64,000 bases of DNA from Stegostoma tigrinum. Taxonomy: Eukaryota. How positions within the stretch are numbered: the stretch's first letter is position 1; every line of letters begins with the position of its first letter. The notes under the pieces are model-generated. The model was not told the origin of the DNA and did not search any database. It saw nothing but the letters and a program-made list of their open reading frames with translations. A program made the translations under genes and the position numbers. Shown piece after piece: positions 1-10,940 of this stretch. Where the stretch lies: the NCBI RefSeq assembly GCF_030684315.1, contig NC_081355.1:101666472-101730471 (forward strand). Direction: 5' to 3'.

Positions 1-169
1 TGCTGACTGATCTGTGTATTTCCAGCATTTTCTGTTGTTTCATCCTTCTGTATTAACTATTCCATGTAAACAATTCTTATGGATATTTTTCAGACAAAAC
101 AATAAAAAAAAAGAAACAACCATCAAACAGATAGTGGTTGAGCATTTTTCAAAAACTGTAGAGAATTAG

Positions 170-590
170 GGTGTTAAATTAGATCTGTAGCTCGGGTTGT
201 AGGTGTTGACGTTGGTTGGCTCACCGAGCTGGTTTGTTGTTCTGCAGACATTTCGTTACCGTGCTTGGTAACATCCTCAGTGCAGTCTCTGATGAAGCGT
301 CTGTGTTTTCCCGCCTGGTTTTTAAACTCTGGGGTATGTTGCGATGGATTGCCTCACTTCCGGGTTTCCTCTGTAGTGGAATGTATATGGGCTCGAGTTC
401 AATGTGTTTACTAATAGCCTGCTTCGTGGAGTGCCATGCTTCCGGGAATTCTCGTGCTTGTCTCTAGCCTGTCCCAGGATCTTGGTGTTGTCCCAGTCGA
501 AGTGGTGGTTCTCCTTGTCCATGTAGATTGGGATGAATGAGTATTGGTTGTGTCTTTTTGTAGCCAGCTGGTGTTCATGTACCCTCGTGT
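170..590 (-). mobile_element. Penelope-like element (Poseidon-type) 3' fragment: GIY-YIG endonuclease C-terminus plus pLTR
   Basis: ORF 322..522(-) HHFDWDNTKILGQA and following frame REFxEAWHS..AISKHIE; similar to the element at 2446-3764. Confidence 0.85.
243..284 (-). ncRNA. Minimal type I hammerhead ribozyme motif in Penelope pLTR
   Basis: Minus strand GCA-CTGAGGA-T-GTTACC-AAGCAC-GGTAAC-GAAA-TGTC-TGC: CUGANGA and GAAA cores, perfect 6-bp stem II, GUC cleavage triplet, GCA/TGC stem I. Confidence 0.8.
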
Positions 591-1054
591 ACCATTATGA
601 CACTGCCATCTCCACCCAAGCGAGAAACAATGGGGCAGAAGAAAGCCAACTAAAAGAACAAGATAGCATGTACATAATCTTGTGAAAATGAAGAATGCCA
701 GCTCATGGGGTTGACTTCAACATAGAAAGTGAACTAGCTGACCCATTTCACACCCCACTCTCGGCTAAAAACATGCTTCATAACCTTTATGCTCACCTAA
801 ATCCAAAAGCAGTTCACCACCAGCAGCAGTGTGTACTCCCAACCCTAGAAGCAATAGCTGAAACCAAAGAGAAATTCTATGGGACTCATGCTATTAATTA
901 ATTTAATCGACTGGTACTTAGCACAAATAGAATAAAAACAGTTTCATCATTTGAAAGAAACCTGAAAAGAGACATGGCAATATCACACCTAGGTGTGAAA
1001 ATAAAATATTAAATTTCAGGTGGAATACTGGAACCTTCTAATGCGATGGTAAAC

Positions 1055-2250
1055 ATAAAACATAGGAGCAGGAGTAGGCCATTCAGCTCTTCGAGCCTCC
1101 TCTGCCATTCAATGCTATCATGACTGATCACCCAACTCAGTACCCAGTTCTATCTCTCAAAGGGCCTACCCTGATCCTTAGACTGAGACCCCTGAATACC
1201 TCATTCATTGAAAACATCCTTCCTGCAATTGTCCTGTATAGTCTATTAAAATTGTATAGGTTTTTTATGAGATTCCCCAATTCTTCTAAACCTTAGTGAA
1301 GATAGGCCTAACCAATACAGTCTTTTCCCACAGGCCAGTCCTGCCATCCCAAGAATCAGCCTCATAAATAAGTGTGGAGCTGGAGGAACATAACAGCCAG
1401 GCAGCATCAGAGGAACAGGAAAGCTGACATTTTGGGTCAGGATCCTTCTTCAGAAAATGCTGCCTAGCCTGCTGTGTTCCTTCAACTCCGCGATTTGTTA
1501 TCTCTTCTTCAAGCGTCTGCAGTTCTTTTAATCAGCCTGATAAACCATTTTTTTTAACATCCCCCTCCATAGCCAGAATATCCTTTTTCAGACAAGGAAG
1601 CTAAAACTGCGTGCAGTGCTTCAGATGTGGTCATACCATACAGTTGAAGCAAGACATTGAGGCTCCTCTACTTGCATCCGATTTGATATGAAGGCCAATA
1701 TACCATGTTTTATTCACTGCCTGCTGTACTGTATGTTTACATTCAGCAATTGATGTATGATCACCTCATTCCCTAATTTATCAACATTCAGATAATTTGT
1801 CTGTTTTTGCCATCAAAGTGGATTATTTCACATTTGCCTGCATTATGCTGCATCTGCCATGTATTTGTTCAATCACGTAACTTGTCCAAACTGCACTGAA
1901 GCTTGTCTGCGTCCTCCTCACAGCTCAACCTTCCACCCAGCTTTATGTTATCTGTAAATGTAGAAGTGTGACATGTTAGTTTCCTCATCTAAATCATTAA
2001 TCTATATTGTGAATAGCTAGGGTCCTAGCACTGATCCTTGCAGTACCCACTTGACACTGCTTGCACTCGGGGGGGGGAATAAAAATCCCGTTATTCCAAA
2101 CTCTCTGGATCCTGTTTGGCAACCAGTTCTCAATCCATTTCCGAACGGAACCTCCAATTCCATTTTAACTTTGCATGTTAACCTATTAAATGGTACCTTA
2201 TCAAAAGCCCCTGAAAATCCAGATGAACCACATCCACTAGCTCCTCTCTA
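1055..2250 (-). mobile_element. Degraded CR1-family LINE 3' fragment
   Basis: Reverse-strand remnants of CR1 RT (QGSVLGP-like, ADxIKL) and the typical tail 'ataggagcaggagtaggccattcag'. Confidence 0.7.
1369..1529. mobile_element. Fold-back PLE pLTR mini-insertion
   Basis: Inverted pLTR halves; TSD AATCAGCCTCATAAA (1354-1368) / AATCAGCCTGATAAA (1530-1544). Confidence 0.8.
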
Positions 2251-2520
2251 ATTGGTTCATAATGTATTATCTTCACTTTTTTATAAAAAAAACTTCTGCT
2301 TTATCATTGAAACCAAATCTACACTGTTGTCCATTTGTATTTGTTAAATAAAAACTAAACAAAATATTACTTACCAAGCCAGATGTCGGACCAGGATCTG
2401 ACTTGTTCAACAATAGTATCAATTGAGATATAACAGTATAAATCTAACATTCTTGAGTAGATTTGTAGCTCAGGTAGTGGATGCTGTGGTTGGTTCACTC
2501 ACCGAACTGGTTGGTCAGTT

Positions 2521-2560
2521 TGCAGACATTTCTTACCTTGCTGGGTAACATCATCAGTGC
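2521..2560 (-). ncRNA. Hammerhead ribozyme motif (Penelope pLTR)
   Basis: GCA-CTGATGA-T-GTTACC-CAGCAA-GGTAA-GAAA-TGTC-TGCA on the minus strand. Confidence 0.7.
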
Positions 2561-3686
2561 GGCCTCTGATGAAGCGTGGGTCTGTTGGAATTGGTTACCT
2601 TATTTTTGGTTTTTCTTCGCAGTGGCATATATATAGGGTCTAATTTTACATGTCTATTGATGGCTTTCTTGGTGGAGAACCAAGCCTCTAGAAATTCCCG
2701 TGCTTGCCTCTCTTTGGCCTGTCCTAGGATCTTGATGTTGTCCCAATCAAACTGGTAGTTCTCCTTTTCCATGTGAATGGAGACGAGTGAGTATTGGTCA
2801 TGTCTTTTTGTTGCTAGTTGGTGTTTATGTATTCTTGTGGCCAGTTTCCTTTCTGTCATGGAATATTTGTCACAGTCTTTGCATGGAATTTTGTATATCA
2901 CGTTGGTTCTGTCCACAGTGGGTAAGGGAACTTTGGTTTGAGTTAGCAGTTGGTGTAGAGTTGATGTAAGAGTGTGTGCAACTCTGATGCCCATTGATCG
3001 TAGGAATCTTGTGGTCAGTTCAGATATGTTTTTGATTTATGGTAATGTGATGAGTGTGTCAGGGCATTCTGTATCTTCCTGTTGTTGTTTGTGTGACAGG
3101 CAGCATTAGAGCCAGCTGTTCAAGTATCCGTTGTCATAGTTTATGCCGTAGTTTATGTGGGGTCTGTGGAAGGGCCAAGCTTTTGAGTCTCTGCATCACC
3201 ACTTCTGCTATTTGTCTGGAGATAGATGATCACATGGGTTTCCCATTGATTTGTTCATAGATTTGGCCGTTAAAGGTCAAGTGGGTCATGAAGCATAGTT
3301 CCAGTAATTTCAGTATGTTGTCTATGGAGATGGTGTCACTTGAGTCTTGTCCTTTTAGAAGTGTTGCTAGTGTTTCTCTTGCCACTGGTATGTTAATCAA
3401 TGTGAACAGTGTGGTAACATTAAAGGATACCATGGTCTCGTCCATGTCTATTATGTCTTTGAGGGAATTGAGGAACTCCTGGGCTGAATGGACTAAGTGG
3501 AATGATTTGCTGATAAGGTGCTTTAGTCTTTTTTTGTAACTCCTTGGCAAACCTGTGTGTTGGTATGCCTGGGAGGGGACGTCCATTTTGTGTACTTTTG
3601 GGAGGCTGTAGAATTCATGAGGTGTTTGTCCTTTTAGGTAGTCCTAAACCCCAGATGGGAAAACACAACAGCGCTTCATCGGAGGC

Positions 3687-3728
3687 TGTACTGATGATGT
3701 TATCCAGCAAGGCAATGAAATGTCTGCA
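3687..3728 (+). ncRNA. Hammerhead ribozyme motif (inverted pLTR), partly decayed
   Basis: TGTA-CTGATGA-T-GTTATC-CAGCAA-GGCAAT-GAAA-TGTC-TGCA. Confidence 0.65.
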
Positions 3729-5422
3729 AACTAACAAACCAGCTCAGTAAGCAAACCAACCATGGTATAAATCTGATGTTATAGACCAGTTGCACCTTTT
3801 GTGTTTTGCAGATTCATCAGAAGCGGGTGACGTCCTTGATGCCCTGTGAGATATTCTGCATCTGTGAATACACATTCACTTCAACTATCTTACCTGCCAT
3901 TAATAAAGTCTGTGTATCTGAATCATAGAACCCATTTCAGAGTTCCAGTTTTTGGGTGCCCTGATGATGGTCTGGATATTGGCACTTGGATTTTGAGACA
4001 CTCTAGATGTCATCTGTTGTCATCATACCTTTTAGTAATCTAGAAATTTTTATATCCCTAGTGTAATTTATATACCAGTCAAGATTGACAAGCTTCGTGG
4101 TTTTTAGCCAGTTGCAATTCATGAAACCGATTCTTTTGCTAATTATTTGGTCGCTAAGACTGTTAACACTTGCTGACACAGGTCAGTCTAAATATTATTT
4201 AGGAAGGCTTCATATTGGCTTCAGGCTATTATTGGTCAAGGAATTGTAAATACAATACCAGGATTATTTAGTGCTATGAAATTGCCTGTTAAATTGCTGA
4301 CACACCATCTTGGCATGATATGTACATACATTAGGTATCTTTCCATAGTGTCTTCTTTCAGTATTCAGTGCATTTGGGATCATTGCCCTTCTCCTGGTTC
4401 TTAAGGAATTGCCTTCTTTCAAGATTGTGTGTGAAGTGCTATTGCATTAGTGTGAATATTCTCTCTTGCCCTGTTCATCCTTTTCTGCCAATGATTTTTC
4501 TCAGCTCTGCAATCAGCCTTCATTGCAGTGTCCCATGAATGAAAGATGTGACTGCATTATTTCACGTGACACTTTTTTTTTAATCTTCTGTACAGCTTTG
4601 TCTATTGAATGGTCATTTTGTTCATTTCTTTCAATATATCAAAGGTTCAATCATCTTGTCATGTACTGAAACTTCCTATTCATAAATTTATACAGCTATT
4701 AAGATGCTGTTTATATCTTCACATTCTCCATTTTACCATTACAAGTCTCGTTTCTGATGATTCTAAACAGACCATAATGCACGGTATGTTTTCATTGTTC
4801 TAACATTAGTCTATTTATACTATGAATTCATTTTAGCATGATAATATGGTGTTGTATGTCTCCTTGTTTAAAACGTTACTTTATTCACTTAGCATTATTT
4901 GTTGTTCACATACTGTGAGAGGAAGGTATAACAATACCTGGTTAGAAATGTAGGTTTGATTGCAAATTATGTGTATCTAAGTAGATAGGACACGCATATT
5001 AAAATATTAACTCCTGTGTGAATCATTGTCCTTAATCATTAAAGACACCACCCAGCAAGAAAAGCCAGAAAGATCTACTTTGTGCAATGTCTCATCAATT
5101 TCAATCAAAAACAGGTGTGAAAATGACTAACTACAAAAGAAATGCTGAAATCCTCCAACTGATATGCAATAACAAAGATCCTATTCACATGAATATCATT
5201 TGAAACCTGAATAAAGCAGCACATCAAAAACAGAAATGAAACATCTCTACTGATAAATCTTTAAGAATGGATTATTTTAAGATTAAAAAACAAATGAGTT
5301 AAAAGGAATATAAAAACATTCATCATCTATTATGAGATATGGATGGTGTTGCCTGGGCCAGCATTTATTGCCCAGACCTCATTGACCTTGAGAAGGTGGT
5401 GGTGAGCTGCCTTCTTAAGGTC

Positions 5423-7040
5423 AAAATCATAGAGCTGTGTAGCATGGAAACTGACACATCGGTGTAACTCGTCCATGCCAACCAGATACTTTAAATAAAT
5501 CCAGTCCCATTTGTCAGCATGTGGCCCATACCCTTCTGAACCCTTCCTATTCATGTACCCTTCCAGATGCCTTTTAAATGTTGCAAATGTACCAGCCTAC
5601 ACCACTTACTCTGGCAGCTCATTCTATACACATACCACCCTTTTTGTGAAAAAATTGACCCTTAGGTCCCTTTTATTATCATTTCCTTCTCACCTTAAAC
5701 CAATGTCCTCTTGTTTTGGACTCTCTCACCCTGAGCAAAAGACTTTACATATTTACCCTATCCATACCCCTCATGATTTTATAAACCTATGAGGTCACCC
5801 CTCAGCCTCCATCACTCCAGGGACAATAGCCCCAGCCTATCCAGCCTTGTAAATCTTTTCTGAACCCTTTCAAGTTTCACAACATATAACATCCTTCCTA
5901 TAGGAGGGTGACTAGAATAGTGTCCTAAACAATGTCCCGTACAACTGCAACATAGCCTCTCATCTCCTATACTCAATGCACTGACCAATAAAAGCAAGCA
6001 TATCAAACACCACCTTTGGTATCTCATCTGTGTTTCTGCTTTCAAGGAACTATAAACCTGCACTCCAAGGTCTCTTTGCTCAGCAGGACCTTTCCATTAA
6101 CTGTATAAGTCCTGCCCTGATTTGCCTTTCCAAAATGCAGCACCTCAGATTTATCTAAATTAAACTCCATCTGCCATGCCTTGGCCCATTGGCCCCTCTG
6201 ATGAGGACCCGGTTGTGCTCCGAGTTAACCTTCTTCACTGTCTACTGCACCTCCAAGTTTGGTGTCATCTGCAGACTTAATAATACCTCTTATGTTTGCA
6301 CCCAAATCGTTCACATAAATGACAAAAAGCAGTGAACCCAGCGCTGATTAGTGTGGCACACTGCAGGCCACAGACCTCCTGTCTGAAAACAACTGTCCAC
6401 TACCTCCCTCTGTCTTCTACCTTTGAGTCAGTAGTGTGTCCAAATAGTTAGTTCTCCCTGCATTCCATGTGAACTAACTGTGCTAACCAGTCTACCGTGA
6501 GGAACTTGTCAAATGCCTTACTGAAGTCCAGAAAATCACATCTACCGCTCTGCCCTCATCTTCTTTACTTCTTCAAAAACTCAAACAAGTTAGTGAGACA
6601 TGATTTCCCACGCACAAAGCCATATTGACTATCCCTAATCAGTCATTGCCTTTCCAAATACATGCAAATCCCGTCCTTCAGAATCCCTCCATCAACTTGC
6701 CCACCACTGATGTCAGGCTCACTAGTCTATAGTTCCCTGGCTTTTCCTTACCACCTTACTTTAATAGTGACACAATGTTAGCCAACCTCCAGTCTTCCAG
6801 CACCATATTTGTATCATTGCTCGCCACAGGTATCTCAGCAAAGGGCCCAGCAATCTTTTCCCTTGCCTCACATAGAGTTCTGGGTTACACCTGATCGGAT
6901 CCCAGAAATTTATCCACCTTTTTGCATTTTAAGAGGTACAGCACCTTCCCCTCTGTAATATGGACATTTTTCAAGATGTCGCTATTTATTTCTCCACGTT
7001 CTCCATCTTCCACCCTTCTCCACAGTAAACTCTGTTGAAC
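5423..7040 (-). mobile_element. CR1 LINE, 5'-truncated, degraded
   Basis: Minus-strand RT motifs (DFSKAFDK-like, ADDTKL, KLERVQKRFTR in ORF 5812..6063) and CR1 3' UTR. Confidence 0.85.
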
Positions 7041-7280
7041 CACTGCAATTCATTTGATGAATTTAGATAAATATGAAGTGCCGTATTTTGAAAAGGCAAA
7101 TCAGGGCTGGACTCATATATTTAATGGCAAGGCCCTTGGGTAGTGTTTCATTGTTCCTTGAAAGTAGAGTTGCAGGTAGACAGGATAGTGAAGAAAGTGT
7201 TTGGTACCCTTGCCTTTATTGGTCAATGCACTGAGTATCGGAGTTGAGAGATCACGTTGTGGCTGTACAGGACATTGGTT

Positions 7281-10200
7281 CCTTTTTTTCATTCATGAGA
7301 TGAGGGAGTCTTTGGCTAGGCAGCATTTATTGCCCATTCCTAATTGCCCAGAGGGCAGTTAAGTCAACCACATTGCTGTGGGTCTAGAGTCACAGGTATA
7401 AAGTAAGAATGGCGGTTTCCTTGACTAAAGTGCATTAATGAACCAGATAGGACTTTCCTGACAATTGGCATGGATCAGAACTTGGGACTACGATGTTGTG
7501 CCCATTACAGAGACTTGGATAACACAGGGGCAGGAAAGGTTGTTGGGTGTTCCGGGGTATAGATGTTTCAAAAGAAATGAGAGGTAAAAGAGGTGGGGGA
7601 GTGGCATTGCTAATCAGGGATGGTATCACAGTGCAGAAAGGGAGGATGTGAGGGAGGGTTTGTCCACTGAGTCAGTATGGGTGGAAGTCAGAAACAGGAA
7701 AGGAGCAGTCACTTTATTGGGAGTTGTCTGTAGACCCCCAATAGCAGCAGAGACACTGAGGAACAAGTTGGGAGACAGATTTTGGAAAGGTGCAGAGATA
7801 ACAGCGCTGTTGTAATGGGTGACTTTAACTTCCCTAATATAGACTGGAACCTCCGAAGTGCAAATAGTTTTGATGGAGCAGATTTTGTCAGGTGTGTCCA
7901 GGAAGGATTTCTGAATCAATATGTAGATAGGCCCACTAGAGGGGAGGCCATATTGGATTTGGTGCTTGACAACGAACCAGGCCAGGTGTCAGGTCTCTCA
8001 GTGAGAGACCACTTCAGTGATAGTGATCACAACGCCCTGAGATTTATTATAGTCATGGAGAGGGATAGGAGCAGATAGTATGGGAAAGTATTTAATTGGG
8101 GGAGGGGTAATTACAATGCTATTAGGCAAGAACTACAAAACACCAGTGGGGATCAGATGTTTTCAGGGAAATGCACGACAGAGAAGTAGAGGTTGTTCAG
8201 GGAGCAGTTGCTACAGGCACTGGATAGGTTTGTCCACTGAGGCAATGAAGGGATGGTAAGGTGAAGGAACCTTGGATGACAAGACATTTGGAACACCTAG
8301 TCAAGAAGAAGAAGGAAGCTTACTTACGGTTGAGGAAGCAAGGATCAGACAGGGCTTTAGAGGTCTACAGGTAGCCAGAAAGGAACTGAAGAATGGACTT
8401 AGGAGAGCGAGAAGGGGGTATGAGAAAACCTTGGTGATTAGGATCAAGGAAAATCCCAAGGTTTTCTATACTTATGCGAGGAAAAAGAGGATGGCCAGAA
8501 TGAAGGTAAGGCCAATCAGGGATAGTGGAGGGAACTTGCGTGCGGAGGAGGTGGAGGAGGTCCTTAATAAATACTTTGCTTCAGTATTCACTAGTGAGAG
8601 GGACATTGACGTTTGTGAGGACAGCATGAAACAGGCAGCTACACTCGAACAGGTTGATGTTAGGAAGGTGGATGTGCCAGAAATTTTGAAAAAAATGAGC
8701 ATAGATAAGTCCCCTGGGCCAGACAGGGTATACCCAAGGTTACTACAGGAAGCAAGGGAAGAATTTGCTGCCTCTTTGGCATTGATCTTTGCATCCTCAC
8801 TGTCCACTGGAGTAGTACCAGACGATTTGGAGGGTGGCAAATGTTATTCCCTTGTTCAAAAAAGTGAATAGGGATAACCCTGGGAATTGCAGACTGGCCA
8901 GTCTTACTTCTATGGTGGGCAAATTATTGGAGACAATTCTGAGAGATAGTATTTATGATTATTTGGAAAAGCACAGTTTGATTAGAAATAGTCACCATGG
9001 CTTTGTGAGGGGTATATCATTCCACACAAGCCTTATTGAAATCTTTGAGAATGTAGAGCAGTGGATGTGATGTACATGGATTTTAGCAAGACATTTGATA
9101 AGGTTCCACATGGGAGGCTCATTCAGAAAGTTAGTAGGCATAGGATTCAGGGAAATTTGGCTGTCTGGATATGAAGCTGGCTGTCCAATAGAAGACAGAG
9201 GGTAGTAGTAGATGGAACGTATTCAGCCTGGAGCTCAGTGACCAGTGGTGTTCCAAAGGGATCTGTTCTAGGACTCTGCCCTTTGTGACCTTTATAAACG
9301 ACTTGCATGAGGAAGTTGAAGGGTGGATTAGTAAGTTTGCCAATGACACGAAGGTTGGTGGAGTTGTGGATAGCGTAGAAGGCTGTTGTAGTTGTAATGG
9401 GACATTGACAGGATGCAGAGTTGGACAAAGAAGTGGTAGATGGAATTCAACCCAGAAAAGTGTGAAGTGATTCGTTTTGGAAGGTCAAATTTGAATGCAG
9501 AATACAGGGTTAATGGCAGGATTCTTGGCAATGTGGAGGAACAGAGGGGTCTTGGGGTCCATGTCCATAGATCCCTCAAAGTTGCCACCCAAGTTGACAG
9601 GGTTGTAAAGAAGGCATACGGTGTCTTGGCTTTCATTGGCAGGGGGATTGAGTTTAAAAGCCGTGAGGTTATGCTGCAGCTCTATAAAACTCTGGTTTGA
9701 CTACACTTGGAATATTGAGTTCAGTTCTGGTCACCTCATTATAGGAAAGAAGTGGAAGCTTTAGAGACAGGGTGCAGAGGTGATTTTCCAGGATGCAGCC
9801 TGGGCTGCAGGACAGGACTTATGAGGAAAGGTTGAGGGAGCTAGCACTTTTTTTTCATTGGAGCGAAGAAGGATGAGTAGTGACTTGATTGTGTAAACCT
9901 CTATGATGAGAGGCATAGGTAGAGTGGATAATTAGAGACTTTTTTCCAGGAAATGGCTATTAGGATGGGACATAATTTTATGGTGATTGGACGAAGGTAT
10001 GGGGGAGATGTCACAGGTAGGTTCTTCACACAGAGAGTGGTGGGTGTGTGGAATATGCTGCCAGCAGTGGTAGTGGAAACAGATCCATTAGGAACATTTA
10101 AGTGACTCTTGGATAGGCACATGGAGGATAGCAAAATGTAGAGTATGCAGGATAAATTGATTTTAGTAGAATAATAGTTTGGCACAACATCGTGGGTCAA

Positions 10201-10390
10201 AGTGTCTGTACTGTGCTATGTTCTATGGCAATAGATTTATGGTCATCATTAGACTCTTAACTCCAGATATTTATTGAATTCAAATTCCACCATCTGCCAT
10301 GGTGGGATTTGAACCTGTTCTCCAGAACATTATCCGTGTGTCTAGATTAACAGTCCAGCAATAATACCCTCTAGGGCATCACCTCCCCAT
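7281..10390 (-). mobile_element. tRNA-derived SINE (HE1-like) split by a CR1 insertion; SINE parts about 7281-7470 and 10226-10390
   Basis: Minus-strand Pol III B-box CAGGTTCAAATCCC near 10304-10317; A-rich tail near 7282 similar to the LINE 3' end at 27200-27250; TGGCA repeated at both CR1 junctions. Confidence 0.7.
7471..10225 (+). mobile_element. CR1 LINE ORF2 (APE endonuclease + RT), fragmented
   Basis: ORFs 7782 (VMGDFNFPNIDW, PTRGEAILDLVL, SDHN), 8272, 8834, 9285 (FANDTK), 9440; ends in CTATGTTCTATG tail. Confidence 0.95.
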
Positions 10391-10399
10391 TTTTGAAAT

Positions 10400-10940
10400 A
10401 CTGCTTCCAATTCTAGTCACCCTGCTGCAGGAAACATGTTGTAAAACTTATAAATCTTTTCTGAATTCCCTTCAAGGATATTGCCAGTGATGGAGGGTTT
10501 GAGCTTATAGGGACAGGCTAAAGAGGTTGGGCTATTTTCTCTGGAGCATCAGAAGTTGAGCTTTGACCTTATAGATGTTTATAAAATCCTGAGGGGCATG
10601 GATAGGGTGAATAGCCCAGTCTTTCTCCAGGGTAGGAGAGTCCAAAACTAGTAGGTGTAAGTTTAAGGTGAGAGGGGAAAGACTTAAAAAGGAACTAAAG
10701 GCGGGGTGGGAGCAGCAACTTTTTCATGCAGAGAGTGTTCACGCAGAGAGTGTTCACGCATAGAATGAGCTGCCAGAAGAGGTGGTGGAGGCTGTTTCAA
10801 TTCTAACACTTAAAAGGCATCTGGTTAAGGTTTAGAGGATAATGGGCCAAATGCTGGGAAATAGGACTAATTAACTTAAGGTGTCTGTAGAAAGACTGAA
10901 GGATCAACTTCCACTTTTTTTTTAAATCTCCATGACTCTA
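10400..10940 (+). mobile_element. CR1 LINE 3' fragment (probably continues the fragment at about 7060-7280)
   Basis: LGLFSLE / DLIDVYKILRG / FKVRG-like remnants. Confidence 0.7.

Larger units (their letters stand above)
2446..3764 (-). mobile_element. Penelope-like element (Poseidon-type), truncated, with inverted 5' pLTR
   Basis: RT remnant ORF 3230..3586 (MVSFNVTTLFT, YEQINGKPM); GIY-YIG ORF 2554..2994 (NVIYKIPCKDC); inverted pLTR at about 3660-3762; exact 10-bp TSD GTATAAATCT at 2436-2445 and 3765-3774. Confidence 0.92.

Noticed and set aside
2369-2430. Apparent minus-strand exon ending in gtaagt (ISIDTIVEQVRSWSDIWL)
   Set aside because: No convincing acceptor or partner exons; lies within the fossil ORF tract
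4040-4120. D5-like helicase assignment for the minus-strand fossil ORF based on LELxNGFYD (about 3920-3950)
   Set aside because: One short motif only; no Walker A or SF3 motifs found in the surrounding frame
10728-10762. Short tandem duplications (15 bp here; 16 bp near 30800; 12 bp near 59398)
   Set aside because: Ordinary slippage duplications; two copies only, not CRISPR-like arrays
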